DNA of 64,000 nucleotides from Bacteroidota bacterium (GTDB lineage Bacteria; Bacteroidota; Bacteroidia; Chitinophagales; UBA10324): NCBI GenBank assembly GCA_018267315.1, contig JAFDYS010000009.1, positions 110,786 to 174,785 of the forward strand, read 5' to 3'. Shown piece by piece: positions 37,916 to 48,156 of this stretch (position 1 is its first letter; each line of letters starts with the position of its first letter). The notes under the pieces were generated by a model. It saw only the letters and a program-made list of their open reading frames with translations, ran no database searches and was not told where the DNA came from. The position numbers and the translations under genes were made by a program.

Positions 37916-38350
37916 ATGGCAGCTCAATATCCAATTCCCAAATTCCATTTTCGCCTCGAATGGGGCGGAGCAAAAATCGGTTTCACGGAAGTGACCGGTC
38001 TCGACATCAGCAACGATGTGATTGAATACCGCGACGGCGCAACACCCGAGTATTCAAAAATCAAAATGCCGGGCTTGCGCAAGTTCTCGAACATCACGCT
38101 CAAGCGAGGCACGTTCAAGGGCGACAATGATTTTTACAAATGGTTCAACACGATTCAACTCAACACCGTAGAGCGTCGCGACATCACCATTTCCCTGCTG
38201 AATGAAAATCATGAACCGGTGGTGGTATGGAAGGTGAAGAATGCTTTTCCCGTAAAAGTCACTTCTACTGATTTGAAAGCTGATGGCAATGAAGTCGCGA
38301 TTGAATCGCTTGAATTGGCACACGAAGGTCTCACCATCGACAACGAATAG
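37916..38350 (+). CDS. CIS inner tube protein (T4 gp19-like; Afp1-like)
   Basis: 'FHFRLEWGG..IGFTEVTGL' is the typical tube-family N-terminal motif, and the protein is 144 aa. Confidence 0.8.
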   Translation: MAAQYPIPKFHFRLEWGGAKIGFTEVTGLDISNDVIEYRDGATPEYSKIKMPGLRKFSNITLKRGTFKGDNDFYKWFNTIQLNTVERRDITISLLNENHEPVVVWKVKNAFPVKVTSTDLKADGNEVAIESLELAHEGLTIDNE

Positions 38351-38352
38351 CC

Positions 38353-38856
38353 ATGGATCTCGGACTCACCTATCCGGCGCCGGGATTTCATTTTCTTGTT
38401 GCCTTCGAACTCTTTCCGCAGCGTGATATTGATGTTCGCTTCCAGGAGGTAAGCGGATTGACGGTGAACGTGCAGACAGAAGAAATCAGAGAAGGGGGAG
38501 AAAACCGTTTCACCCACAAGTTGCCGATTAGAACGAACTACAGCGACATTGTGCTGAAGCGCGGACTCTTCACTTTCAGCGGCGTGATTGAATGGTGCAG
38601 AGATGCTGTCGAGAATTTCAATTTCAAGCCGACCAATGTTCTCATCTCACTGATGAATGACTCACATGTTCCGCTCAACTCGTGGTATGTGGTGAATGCA
38701 ATTCCCATCAAGTGGGAAGTTTCATCGTTCAATGCAGAACAAAGTTCGGCAGTGATTGAAACGCTCACACTGAGTTACCGCTATTATAAAGTCATCAATC
38801 CCGCTTCACTGATTTCTGATTTGTCAGGAGCAGTGGGTGGAGCTCTTGGAATCTAA
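38353..38856 (+). CDS. Second tube-family protein (Afp5-like)
   Basis: 'FHFLVAF......VRFQEVSGL' is a paralogous tube motif. The 167-aa ORF starts 3 nt after the first tube gene. Confidence 0.75.
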   Translation: MDLGLTYPAPGFHFLVAFELFPQRDIDVRFQEVSGLTVNVQTEEIREGGENRFTHKLPIRTNYSDIVLKRGLFTFSGVIEWCRDAVENFNFKPTNVLISLMNDSHVPLNSWYVVNAIPIKWEVSSFNAEQSSAVIETLTLSYRYYKVINPASLISDLSGAVGGALGI

Positions 38857-38919
38857 TACTGCGTCCGGAGATAGATGTCATGTCCATATGCAAGGAATAA
38901 AGAACAAAATCAAAACATC

Positions 38920-39090
38920 ATGCCCGTCGTCATCCAGGAAATTCAAATTAATGTGGAAGTGAGTAACACTACTTCTACCAAGCAAGCGAGCGTCAATCGC
39001 ATTCACGATTCAGGAAATGAAAAACAGGAGATCATTTCGGAATGCGTGCAGGAAGTGTTGAGGATTCTGAAGGAAAAAGAAGAGAGATGA
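38920..39090 (+). CDS. DUF5908-like small CIS protein
   Basis: The 56-aa product 'MPVVIQEIQINVEV...QEIISECVQEVLRILKEKEER' matches the remembered pattern of the small Bacteroidota CIS protein. I preferred the internal ATG over the ORF-track start. Confidence 0.5.
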   Translation: MPVVIQEIQINVEVSNTTSTKQASVNRIHDSGNEKQEIISECVQEVLRILKEKEER

Positions 39091-39129
39091 TGAATTGGAA
39101 ATCTCTAATGCCTCCGCAACTTCTCCCGC

Positions 39130-39320
39130 GAAATGCGGGACAGGTCGATAAACTCGAAGTGACCTCGGCTCTTTGGACGTGGGTCATGGGGAACTTGTCG
39201 AACTGTCCTGATTTTTCCAGGAACCATTTGGGCGAGTCCTCCCAAACCCTTCGACAAGCTCAGGGTAACCTTCACTCGTGCGCGGGTCAGTTCGAGCCTG
39301 TCGAGAACAAGCTGAGGTAT
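39130..39320. repeat. Structured REP/MITE-like element inside the CIS operon
   Basis: The inverted segments 'cttcgacaagctc' (about 39249) and 'gagcctgtcgaga' (about 39294) pair. An upstream partner 'gacaggtcga' lies at about 39140. In several frames the element translates to 'LRQAQGNL', 'LSLSKGL' and 'PELVEGF', peptides typical of a widespread intergenic repeat. Confidence 0.5.
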
Positions 39321-39346
39321 TATGAAAACAAGAACAACTTCTGAAT

Positions 39347-40096
39347 ATGGCCGGTGAACTCGTAAAAATGAAAATCGTTGCGTGCACGGATTCTGCATAC
39401 ACGGAAGACAAGGCAACGCCTGCTTATGTGGTAATGGCGAATCCGGAGAAGTACACCATTGATCATTCTATTGACTTCAATCTCACTCAAGGTCAGGGAA
39501 CGAGTAGCAGCGACGCGAAATACAATCGCACGCGTCCTCAGACCATGAACTTCGATTTCATTTTTGATGGCACAGGAATTCTCAATGCGGCCGGAGGGTT
39601 GCTTGGCAACCTCACCAATCCCGCCGCCATCAGTGTTCCGCTTGTAGGGCCATTTGCCAGCGAAACCACTTTTGATCTCGTGGCAGAGATTGAAAAATTC
39701 AAAGCGTGCGTGCTCGAGTTCAAAGGAGATCATCACGAGCCCCGCTATGTGAAGCTCGTCTGGGGCACGCTGCTATTTAAGGGAAGACTCACTTCGCTCA
39801 AAATTGATTACAAGCTCTTCAAGCCCGACGGCACGCCGTTGAGAGCTGTTGTAAACTGCTCCTTCACCGATGCGATTGATGATGAATTACGCAGCGCGAA
39901 AGAAAAAAGGCAATCGCCCGACATCACACATGTCCGCAAAGTGAGCGGCGGTGATCATCTTGATCAAATGGCCTTTGAAGTGTATGGCGATTCATCACTT
40001 TACCTTGAAGTAGCCAAAGCCAACAACATCACCAATTTCAGAAAACTGAAAACGGGTTCACCTCTTTCATTTCCACCAGTTGAAAAAACTTCCTAA
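39347..40096 (+). CDS. LysM-containing CIS tube-initiator/baseplate hub protein (Afp7-like)
   Basis: The N-terminal domain is tube-like. The C-terminus 'GDHLDQMAFEVYGDSSLYLEVAKANNITNFRKLKTGSPLSFP' is a LysM motif. It lies just upstream of vgrG. Confidence 0.7.
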   Translation: MAGELVKMKIVACTDSAYTEDKATPAYVVMANPEKYTIDHSIDFNLTQGQGTSSSDAKYNRTRPQTMNFDFIFDGTGILNAAGGLLGNLTNPAAISVPLVGPFASETTFDLVAEIEKFKACVLEFKGDHHEPRYVKLVWGTLLFKGRLTSLKIDYKLFKPDGTPLRAVVNCSFTDAIDDELRSAKEKRQSPDITHVRKVSGGDHLDQMAFEVYGDSSLYLEVAKANNITNFRKLKTGSPLSFPPVEKTS

Positions 40097-40098
40097 CG

Positions 40099-41835
40099 AT
40101 GCCTTCACAAACTGCTCCTGCTCCGGTCGCTAAAGGCGTCCTTAATTTCCGGATCATCGTGGATGAAGTGGAGATATCGAATTCCTATTATTCAGTAAAA
40201 AGCATCCTCATCATTCGGGAACTCAACCGAATTCCTGTGGCGCGCCTGGTCCTGGATGACGGCAGTGCCGCCAAAATGGATTTCCCCGTGAGTGACGAAG
40301 ACCGTTTTATTCCGGGAAAGAAAATGGAGATACAAGCAGGTTATGGCTCAAACACGTCAACCATTTTCAAAGGTGTGGTTCACAAGCACAGCATTCAGAT
40401 CAGAAGCAACAGCGGCCCGCAATTAATTATTGAATGCCGGGATGAAGCGGTGAAGCTCACGCTCAATCACAACAGCCGCTACTTCGAAAACCTGAAAGAC
40501 AGCGAAGCCATTCAGCAAATACTGGATGAGTTTGGACTCTCCATGGTGCTGGAGCAAACGAAGGTGACGCACAAAGAGCTGGTGCAGTACAACTGCAGCG
40601 ACTGGGATTTCATTGTGAGCCGCGCCGATGCGAACGGCATGTTTGTTTTTGTTGACAATGGCTTTGTGAAAATGCAGAAACCGGTTTTCTCTTCTCAACC
40701 CGTGTTGTCTCTGACCTATGGAAGCAACCTGCTTGAATTTGATGCCGAGATGGACAGCCGCTACCAGTTCGATCACTGCGAAGTGAACAGCTGGGATTCC
40801 TCAAGTGGTGTAGTTAGAACGGAAACATTTAAAGATGAGAACGTGGTGGAGCCGGGCAATCTCAAAGGCAACGATCTCAGTACACAGTTCGCTTACAACT
40901 ACATCATCAATCACGAAGGATCACCAGCCGATGAAGCCACGATGGAAATTTCGGGCGCCCGCCATCGCCGTTCCCGTCTTTCAAAAATTCGCGGAAGAGC
41001 GAGATGCACCGGTGTGGCGAATGTGCTGCCAAATAGTTTGATTGAAATGAACGGCGTGGGTGATCGCTTCAATGGAAAAGTGTGGGTCTCCGGCGTTCGT
41101 CATGAAATCACACAAGGACTTTGGACGACCGATATTCAGCTTGGCGCATCACACCGTTGGTTTGCTGAAGAAAATGAAATCACACCTGAACCGGCCGCTG
41201 CCTCCTTGCCTGCCATTCATGGTCTGCACGTCGGCCTCGTAACCGATCTCGAAGATCCCGGCGGAGAATTCAGAGTGAAAGTACGTATGCCGATGATTTC
41301 AATGAGCGATGAAGGCGTGTGGTGCAGAGTGGCCACGCTCGATGCAGGTAACAACCGCGGATCTTTCTTCCGTCCTGAAATTGGTGACGAAGTGGTGCTT
41401 GGATTTTTCGATGATGATCCGCGCTACCCGGTAGTGATCGGCATGTTGCATTCAGGCAAGAATGCTTCACCCATTTCCCCTGCTAATGCGAACAACGAAA
41501 AAGGATTCACTACACGCAGCGGCATGAAAATGATTTTTGACGACGACAAAAAATCATTCACGCTGCAAACGCCGGCAGGAAAAAAGATCATCATTGATGA
41601 ACAGGGAAAACAATTTCTGTTGGCCGATGAAAACGGAAACAGCATTGAAATGAAACCGGACGGAATGACTATAAAAAGCAGCGGTACCCTCACACTGAGC
41701 GGAGGAACGGTATCCATCTCGGGCGGGGGAATCAGTGCCAAAGGAAGTGACGTGAAGATCGAAGGCACCGGCAATGCAGAATTGAAAAGCGGCGGAGTGG
41801 TAACGGTGCAGGGTGCGCTCGTGAAAATAAATTAA
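40099..41835 (+). CDS. vgrG: VgrG-like spike protein (gp27/gp5; Afp8-like)
   Basis: It has a late-control-D/gp27-like N-terminus and an OB-fold segment 'GLHVGLVTDLEDPGGEFRVKVRMP...WCRV'. 'GDEVVLGFFDDDPRYPVVIGMLHS' is the classic VgrG motif, and there is a beta-helix tail. Confidence 0.85.
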   Translation: MPSQTAPAPVAKGVLNFRIIVDEVEISNSYYSVKSILIIRELNRIPVARLVLDDGSAAKMDFPVSDEDRFIPGKKMEIQAGYGSNTSTIFKGVVHKHSIQIRSNSGPQLIIECRDEAVKLTLNHNSRYFENLKDSEAIQQILDEFGLSMVLEQTKVTHKELVQYNCSDWDFIVSRADANGMFVFVDNGFVKMQKPVFSSQPVLSLTYGSNLLEFDAEMDSRYQFDHCEVNSWDSSSGVVRTETFKDENVVEPGNLKGNDLSTQFAYNYIINHEGSPADEATMEISGARHRRSRLSKIRGRARCTGVANVLPNSLIEMNGVGDRFNGKVWVSGVRHEITQGLWTTDIQLGASHRWFAEENEITPEPAAASLPAIHGLHVGLVTDLEDPGGEFRVKVRMPMISMSDEGVWCRVATLDAGNNRGSFFRPEIGDEVVLGFFDDDPRYPVVIGMLHSGKNASPISPANANNEKGFTTRSGMKMIFDDDKKSFTLQTPAGKKIIIDEQGKQFLLADENGNSIEMKPDGMTIKSSGTLTLSGGTVSISGGGISAKGSDVKIEGTGNAELKSGGVVTVQGALVKIN

Positions 41836-41874
41836 TGAACCATCAACCTTTATGAACTAACCCTGAACGTAACC

Positions 41875-42168
41875 ATGCCATCAGCAGCAAGAATAAATGA
41901 CATGCACGTTTGCCCTATGATTAACCCGGGAGGTGCTCCACACGTGGGCGGGCCGGTTCTTCCGGCAGGATGCCCTACCGTGTTGATTGAAGGCATGCCG
42001 GCCGCACGAATGGGCGACCTGTGTTTCTGCAGCGGACCACCTGATAGCATCATTATCGGAAGTGCCACGGTATTAATCGGCGGAGCACCCGCTGCACGAA
42101 TGGGAGATGCAACGGCGCACGGAGGAGTGATTGTGGTTGGTGCGCCCACAGTGCTGATAGGTGGTTGA
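41875..42168 (+). CDS. PAAR-domain spike tip protein (Afp10-like)
   Basis: Three PAAR-type motifs are present ('MPAARMGD', 'APAARMGD', an 'HVCP' start) in a 97-aa product. Confidence 0.88.
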   Translation: MPSAARINDMHVCPMINPGGAPHVGGPVLPAGCPTVLIEGMPAARMGDLCFCSGPPDSIIIGSATVLIGGAPAARMGDATAHGGVIVVGAPTVLIGG

Positions 42169-42240
42169 ACAGATGAATAGATGAACAGATGAACAGATGA
42201 ACCAATGACTAATGACTAATGACTAAAGACCAATAAACCA
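42169..42240. repeat. Low-complexity spacer of short tandem repeats between the PAAR and gp25 genes
   Basis: 'acagatgaatagatgaacagatgaacagatgaaccaatgactaatgactaatgactaaagaccaataaacca'. Confidence 0.5.
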
Positions 42241-42648
42241 ATGAACAGTTTTTTAGGACGCGGCTGGAGTTTTCCTCCGTCCTTCAACAGAGAAGGCGGC
42301 AGAACGAACATGCTCGAAGATGAAGATGACATCAGGAGCAGTTTGGAAATTCTGTTATCGACCGTGCAGGGCGAACGCATCCTGCAGCCGACATACGGAT
42401 GCGACCTTACGCCCCTGTTGTTTGAGCCGCTCACCACGTCCCTCAGAACCGAAATGGTGGACAAGATCAGTAACGCAATCCTCTACTTTGAACCAAGAAT
42501 TGATGTAGAAAAAATAGAACTGAAAGACGATCAGATCCTGGAAGGCATTGTGCTGATCACCATTGACTATGTGATCCGCAGCACCAATTCCAGAAACAAT
42601 TTTGTATTCCCGTTTTACCGTGCAGAAGGAACTGATATCACCAAATGA
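42241..42648 (+). CDS. GPW/gp25-family baseplate wedge protein (Afp9-like)
   Basis: 'GRGWSFP', 'IRSSLEILLSTVQGERILQPTYGCDL..LLFEP' and 'I..AI..FEPRI' form the canonical gp25 pattern. Confidence 0.85.
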   Translation: MNSFLGRGWSFPPSFNREGGRTNMLEDEDDIRSSLEILLSTVQGERILQPTYGCDLTPLLFEPLTTSLRTEMVDKISNAILYFEPRIDVEKIELKDDQILEGIVLITIDYVIRSTNSRNNFVFPFYRAEGTDITK

Positions 42649-45600
42649 CAGCGAAGAATCAACATCCATTGAAGCGCGACGGCACCGGGCAACGGCAGCG
42701 GTTTCCTGCTGCACTGGATGCCTCGTATGTAAAGGTGGATGAGCGATCCATGAATGACTTGCTGCAGTTCGCAGCTGCGTATGCGAAGGAGGTGAAGTTC
42801 TTCGATGCATCAAACACGCCTGCCGGTGACTGGCAAAATCTTTTTGCATTCGATCAGAAGTTGCTGGATGATATTAACTCCCGCACAGATGTGCAGCCGC
42901 ACTACGCCCTCTTCATTGCTTTCCTTCGGCTGTTTGAGATCGCTCAGAATGATCTCAACCAGTTTACCAAACGGCACCTTGACTTCTACTATGAAAAGGT
43001 GCTGGGCTTAGCAAAACGTGACGGCGAACCCGATAAAGTGCATGTAATTTTTGAACTGGCGAAAAATGTTTCGCAGGAATTAATTGCGAAGGGCACGGCG
43101 GTGGATGCAGGCAAAGACGCCACCGGAAAAAAATTGCTGTACAAACTCGATGATCAAATCATAGTCAACACGGCGAAGATTTCTGATCTGAAATCCATTT
43201 ATCGCTCGCCGCAGGAAAATGGGATCATCCGGTTTGCTTCACAGGCAAATTCAGGCGACGGTGTTGGAGGTGAACTGGACAAGACGAATCCGCAATGGGA
43301 CGCCTTCGGAAATCTTAACCTCCCTGCTGCGCAAATCGGCTTCGCCATTGCCTCACCGGTTTTGCTGATGAAGGAAGGAAACCGGGTAATCACGGTAAAG
43401 ATTTCTTTCGAAAATGAAACGGCATTACCCGATGAGGATAGCACGGCGAATGCACTTGAATTGTATTTCAGCTCGTATAAGGAATGGATCGGTCCCATCG
43501 CAGTCACTCCGGAAATCATTTCTTCCGCAGAAAATGCAACCGGTCTCCGTTTCACCTGCACAATTGATGCGGCCCAGCCCGCTGTAGTGAATTTTGATTC
43601 TGCGAAGCTTTCAGGAAATTTTCCCGGCACCTCACCGGTAATGCAAGTCAAAATCGTTCAACCGGCTTTTCTACCCTTCATAGGAAATGCAAAAGTGAAA
43701 TCAGTTACGGTGGATGTGGAAGTTAGCGGCGTCACTTCACTCAGTGTCGAAAATGATCAGAGTCCGCTGAATGCAAAGAAGCCGTTCATGCCCTTCGGCC
43801 CGCAACCGGTAAAGGGCTCATCCTTTTATATCGGGTATGAAGAATTGCTGTACAAAGACCTGACGGGGATGTCGCTCACGATCGGGTGGCTTGATGCTCC
43901 CTCTGATTTCAGTGATCACTATGTCGGCTACCCGGGCATTACTTTCAAGCGCTCTGCGGCCCCGGCTTCATTCAATGCCACATCACCTGCATTGCCCATA
44001 GCTGCAGCGCCGGCTTTCCGGCGGGCATCCATTGGCCCCATCCGGCTCTTCAACACCTACACCAACAATAGCTTCACAGCACTGTTTTACCTGAGAGATA
44101 AATTTCAATGCCATATCAATTTATTCGACAGCAACGATGCTTCCAAAGCTGTAACCATTCCACCGCAACCTGTAACTCATACCCGGTTACGGTTTTCGCC
44201 GCTTGATAAAATCCGTCTCACGCCTGAAATCATTTTAAGGAATCCAAACTTTTCCGCGATGAAGGGCGCTTCTGCCAAACAGATTCCACAAACAGAAAGC
44301 CCCGGATTCCATAGAGAAGATTTTGTGCCTGAAGAACTGAAGACACGATTCATCCGGCTGGAACTGCAACACGATTTCGGGCACCGCATTTATCCTTCCG
44401 TACTCACTAATGCCATTCAGGATAAACGCGACGCACCCAATGCACCGTATACACCAACCATTAAGTCCATCTCTCTATCCTACCGATCCGGTACGGGTGA
44501 CGTGAATGTGAATGAAACATCGCTGTCCTCATTCGCGCAAAAAAATCTTCAGCTGTTTCATGCAGATGTCTTCGGAGCGGCGGAACAACACAGTTTCCTC
44601 AAATCGCAGATTGATTTTTCGGCCGACCAAAGCATTTGGCTAGTCCCCCGGCATCGCTGCGAAGGGGAGTTCCTGTTTTCTCTGGAAGAAACGGCGCCGC
44701 TGCAAACCGTGAATGTACTCTTTCAGCTTATGGAAGGTACCGCGAATCCGGAAAAAGAAGCACAGGACATTACATGGTTCATGCTGTGCGGCAATGAATG
44801 GAAATTATTGACGAAAGAAAATATTCTGTCCGATGCAACGAATCACCTCCTTCGTTCCGGCATTATCAAATTTTATTTACCGAAGGAAGCAACAAATGAT
44901 AATACCCTTCTCGATGCGGGCAAATACTGGATCAAAGGCGTGATTGAAAAAGATGCAGATGCGGTTTGCAAATTCATTGCGCTGCATCCGCAGGCAGCGC
45001 TGGCGGTTTTTGATGATGAAGAAAATGATGTGAACCATCTGGCAACGGCACTTCCAGCAAATACTATTTCAAAACTCGTTACGAAAGATGTGGCTGTTAA
45101 AAAGATCACGCAGCCCTATGCTTCGTTTGAAGGCAGAATGAAGGAAGACGGCACTTCCTTCTACACCCGGGTGAGCGAGCGGTTGCGGCATAAGCAGCGC
45201 GCCGTGTCCATCTGGGATTATGAACGTCTCGTATTGCAGCAATTCCCTAGCATCTACAAAGTGAAATGCCTGAGTCATTCTTCGGAACAGGAAGCATGTT
45301 GCTCCTATCGCCGGCCGGGACAGGTAACGCTCGTGGTGGTTCCCAATCTGAAAAACAAAACGCCCGTTGATCCGCTCAAACCAAAAGCGCCGCTCGACAC
45401 ATTAACCGCGATAAAAGATTATCTGGAGAAAATGAACTCCATGTTCATTGAAGTGCACACTTGCAATCCCGAGTACGAAGAACTGCAACTCGATTTCAAA
45501 GTGCGGTTCAAACGCAATTACGAATTCGGATTCTACAGTAAAAAGCTGAATGAAGATCTCATTCGTTACCTGTCACCCTGGGCTTTCAGTCCGTCATTTG

Positions 45601-45824
45601 AAATTTCGTTTGGCGGGCGCATTCACAAAAGCGTGATCATGAATTTTATTGAAGAACTCGGATACGTGGACTTCATCACGCAGTTTAAAATGTATCACCT
45701 CCGGCATGACAACTCAGCGACGAAAGACGTGAATGAAATTGAGGTAGTCAATCCGGCCGCCATTTTGGTTTCCAGTCCGAAGCATTCAATAAACACCGTT
45801 TCAGCAAATGATGCGTGCGAATGA
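42645..45824 (+). CDS. Large baseplate J/gp6-like wedge protein (Afp11-like)
   Basis: 1059-aa protein in the gp6 position, with an ATGA overlap with gp25. The C-terminal third ('SIWDYERLVLQQFPSIYKVKC') resembles the baseplate J-like region of CIS Afp11 homologues. Confidence 0.65.
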   Translation: MTAKNQHPLKRDGTGQRQRFPAALDASYVKVDERSMNDLLQFAAAYAKEVKFFDASNTPAGDWQNLFAFDQKLLDDINSRTDVQPHYALFIAFLRLFEIAQNDLNQFTKRHLDFYYEKVLGLAKRDGEPDKVHVIFELAKNVSQELIAKGTAVDAGKDATGKKLLYKLDDQIIVNTAKISDLKSIYRSPQENGIIRFASQANSGDGVGGELDKTNPQWDAFGNLNLPAAQIGFAIASPVLLMKEGNRVITVKISFENETALPDEDSTANALELYFSSYKEWIGPIAVTPEIISSAENATGLRFTCTIDAAQPAVVNFDSAKLSGNFPGTSPVMQVKIVQPAFLPFIGNAKVKSVTVDVEVSGVTSLSVENDQSPLNAKKPFMPFGPQPVKGSSFYIGYEELLYKDLTGMSLTIGWLDAPSDFSDHYVGYPGITFKRSAAPASFNATSPALPIAAAPAFRRASIGPIRLFNTYTNNSFTALFYLRDKFQCHINLFDSNDASKAVTIPPQPVTHTRLRFSPLDKIRLTPEIILRNPNFSAMKGASAKQIPQTESPGFHREDFVPEELKTRFIRLELQHDFGHRIYPSVLTNAIQDKRDAPNAPYTPTIKSISLSYRSGTGDVNVNETSLSSFAQKNLQLFHADVFGAAEQHSFLKSQIDFSADQSIWLVPRHRCEGEFLFSLEETAPLQTVNVLFQLMEGTANPEKEAQDITWFMLCGNEWKLLTKENILSDATNHLLRSGIIKFYLPKEATNDNTLLDAGKYWIKGVIEKDADAVCKFIALHPQAALAVFDDEENDVNHLATALPANTISKLVTKDVAVKKITQPYASFEGRMKEDGTSFYTRVSERLRHKQRAVSIWDYERLVLQQFPSIYKVKCLSHSSEQEACCSYRRPGQVTLVVVPNLKNKTPVDPLKPKAPLDTLTAIKDYLEKMNSMFIEVHTCNPEYEELQLDFKVRFKRNYEFGFYSKKLNEDLIRYLSPWAFSPSFEISFGGRIHKSVIMNFIEELGYVDFITQFKMYHLRHDNSATKDVNEIEVVNPAAILVSSPKHSINTVSANDACE

Positions 45825-48154
45825 ACAAAGCGTCCACCATATCGAAAAAATCACCCGACCTGAAGAGTCAGCAATACGATCTGCTGCGGAGCGAAGGACT
45901 GAACCACATGGAAGCGCTGTCAAGTGACATCTGGACGGACTACAACAGCCACGACCCCGGTATCACCATGCTCGAAGTGCTGTGCTATGCCATCACGGAC
46001 CTGGGCTACCGCACCGGTTTCAGTGTGGAGGATTTACTCGCCGTGGATGGAAATAACTACCGGGCCATGCACGAGCAGTTTCTCACTGCCATCAACGTAT
46101 TGCCCGCGCGGCCGGTTACGGTCACCGATTACCGTAAGCTCATCGCCGACATTCCGGGCATCAACAATGCATGGCTTGTCAGGCATGATGAATCACTCAC
46201 GGTGGATTTGAAAGATGAAAAGCTGGTGGCTAAACTCCCCGACGGTCATCATTCAAAAACGATTTCGCTCAATGGCATCTGCAACATTTACATTGAGCCG
46301 GACTATGCAGTTGAAACACTTCCGGCGGCTCAGAAGAAGAAAAAAATTCAATCGCTCATTGACCAGGCCACTTCCGTCTTTCACCGCAACAGAAATCTGG
46401 GTGAAGATTTACATGAAGTGAGCGTAGTGCCGGAACATGAAGTAGTCGTTTGCGCGGAAATTGAAATCAAGCCCGAAGCGGATGCGAAGACGGTGCACGC
46501 TGACATAATCTTCAAAATTGAACAGCATCTCTCCCCCGCTATCACGCACTATTCCCTGCAGCAAATGCTGGCGATGAAGAAAGCCGATGGCACCAGCCGA
46601 ATGCCTGATGAAATCTTTGAAGGTCCCCGGCTGAAAAACGGATTCATTGATACTTCGGATCTCGAAGCCGCTACCCTCCGCCGGGTGATTTATACATCGG
46701 ATCTCATCAACCTGCTCATGGATGTTGACGGTGTTATTGCCGTGAAGAAACTCGTTTTGAATTATTGTGAAGACGACCGCGAAGAGCGTAGCCGGGAGTG
46801 GTGCCTGCGCATCAAACCCGGCCACAAGCCCACCCTGTGCAGGGAAAAATCACTCATGCATTTCTTCAAAGATGTAATCCCTGTCGCTACGAATAACGAG
46901 GAGGTGAATGACCTGCTCCGCACGAAATACGAACAACTGGTGGCAGAGCGCCGGGCCGTGACTACAACCGATGTTGATTTCCCCATGGGGAAATTCAAAG
47001 GCGCGGACGATTACACCTCCGTCACCCATCATTTTCCACAGACCTACGGCATCGGAGATGCGGGACTGCCGGCGCGTGCAAGCAATGAGCGCAGAGGGCA
47101 GGCGAATCAGCTCAAAGCGTACCTGCTTTTCTTCGACCAGGTACTCGCCAACTACCTCGCTCAGTTAAGTAACGTGCGGCAACTGTTTTCATCAGACGAT
47201 AAAATCAAACAGACGTATTTCTCACAGGTAATTCAAGATGTAAAAAAGATCAATGCGCTCTTTACTGATTACGATAACCTGCAGCGCAAAATGGATTCCG
47301 TCACTGAGACCGAATCCACGTTCCTCGATCGTCGCAACCGTTTTCTCGATCATTTGCTGGCGCGGTTCAATGAGAGTTTTACGGAGTATGTGTTGCAACT
47401 CTTTTCGCTGGAAGGCGATGCAATTAAAAAAGAAGTACTGACGGATAAGACCTGGATGCTTCAGAACTACCGTGACATCGGTTACAACCGCGGCGGCGCA
47501 TTCGATTACTTCAATGAAAAAGATGAAAACGGCAGCGCAAACCCGGTGTGGGATTCCGTAAATGTTTCGGGGCTGGAAAAAAGACTGGCCGCCGTCCTTG
47601 GAATCAATAATTATCAGAGGAGAAGTTTGAAAGACGGATCAGCGGCCGGCCTGCACGTGGTGGAGCACCTGCTCCTCCGTCCGGAACAGGAATGGATCAC
47701 TGCACCGGCTGACAGCGATCCGGAATTCTTTATGCCAGTTTGCGTGGAAGAAAATTGCGAGGAAGACTGCGGTCTTGATCCCTATTCATTCCGCATCACG
47801 GTAGTGCTGCCGGCACATGCGCCTCATTTTGACGATGTGAATTACCGGTTGTTCCTCGATAAAGTGATCCGGCTTGAAACGCCCGCACACATTCTTCCGA
47901 AAATCTGCTGGGTGGAAAAAGATGATCTCGGAAAATTTGAAGACGCTTATCAGAAATGGCTTGAGATCAAGACCTCCGGAAAAATCAATTCAGCCAACGG
48001 CAAGAAAGCCGTCGCTGACTTCATCAATATACTATTTACCCTGCGCAGCACACATCCCGATGGCGAGCTGAGTTCAACCAAACTCGAAGAAAAGCAGCCC
48101 GATGATCCTGCCGTGCTCGGCCGAACACAACTAAGTAACCCGAAAAAGAAGTAA
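45821..48154 (+). CDS. Baseplate wedge protein, gp7/Afp12-like by position
   Basis: The approximately 777-aa ORF overlaps the upstream stop (ATGA at 45821-45824; the ORF-track GTG is at 45815). The assignment rests mainly on conserved CIS gene order. Confidence 0.5.
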   Translation: MNKASTISKKSPDLKSQQYDLLRSEGLNHMEALSSDIWTDYNSHDPGITMLEVLCYAITDLGYRTGFSVEDLLAVDGNNYRAMHEQFLTAINVLPARPVTVTDYRKLIADIPGINNAWLVRHDESLTVDLKDEKLVAKLPDGHHSKTISLNGICNIYIEPDYAVETLPAAQKKKKIQSLIDQATSVFHRNRNLGEDLHEVSVVPEHEVVVCAEIEIKPEADAKTVHADIIFKIEQHLSPAITHYSLQQMLAMKKADGTSRMPDEIFEGPRLKNGFIDTSDLEAATLRRVIYTSDLINLLMDVDGVIAVKKLVLNYCEDDREERSREWCLRIKPGHKPTLCREKSLMHFFKDVIPVATNNEEVNDLLRTKYEQLVAERRAVTTTDVDFPMGKFKGADDYTSVTHHFPQTYGIGDAGLPARASNERRGQANQLKAYLLFFDQVLANYLAQLSNVRQLFSSDDKIKQTYFSQVIQDVKKINALFTDYDNLQRKMDSVTETESTFLDRRNRFLDHLLARFNESFTEYVLQLFSLEGDAIKKEVLTDKTWMLQNYRDIGYNRGGAFDYFNEKDENGSANPVWDSVNVSGLEKRLAAVLGINNYQRRSLKDGSAAGLHVVEHLLLRPEQEWITAPADSDPEFFMPVCVEENCEEDCGLDPYSFRITVVLPAHAPHFDDVNYRLFLDKVIRLETPAHILPKICWVEKDDLGKFEDAYQKWLEIKTSGKINSANGKKAVADFINILFTLRSTHPDGELSSTKLEEKQPDDPAVLGRTQLSNPKKK

Positions 48155-48156
48155 CC

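Noticed and set aside
39042-39736. Overlapping ORFs of 100, 103, 75 and 138 aa around the DUF5908 / LysM junction
   Set aside because: They translate the intergenic repeat element ('LRQAQGNL', 'LSLSKGL', 'PELVEGF' artefact peptides) or run antisense to the LysM gene.
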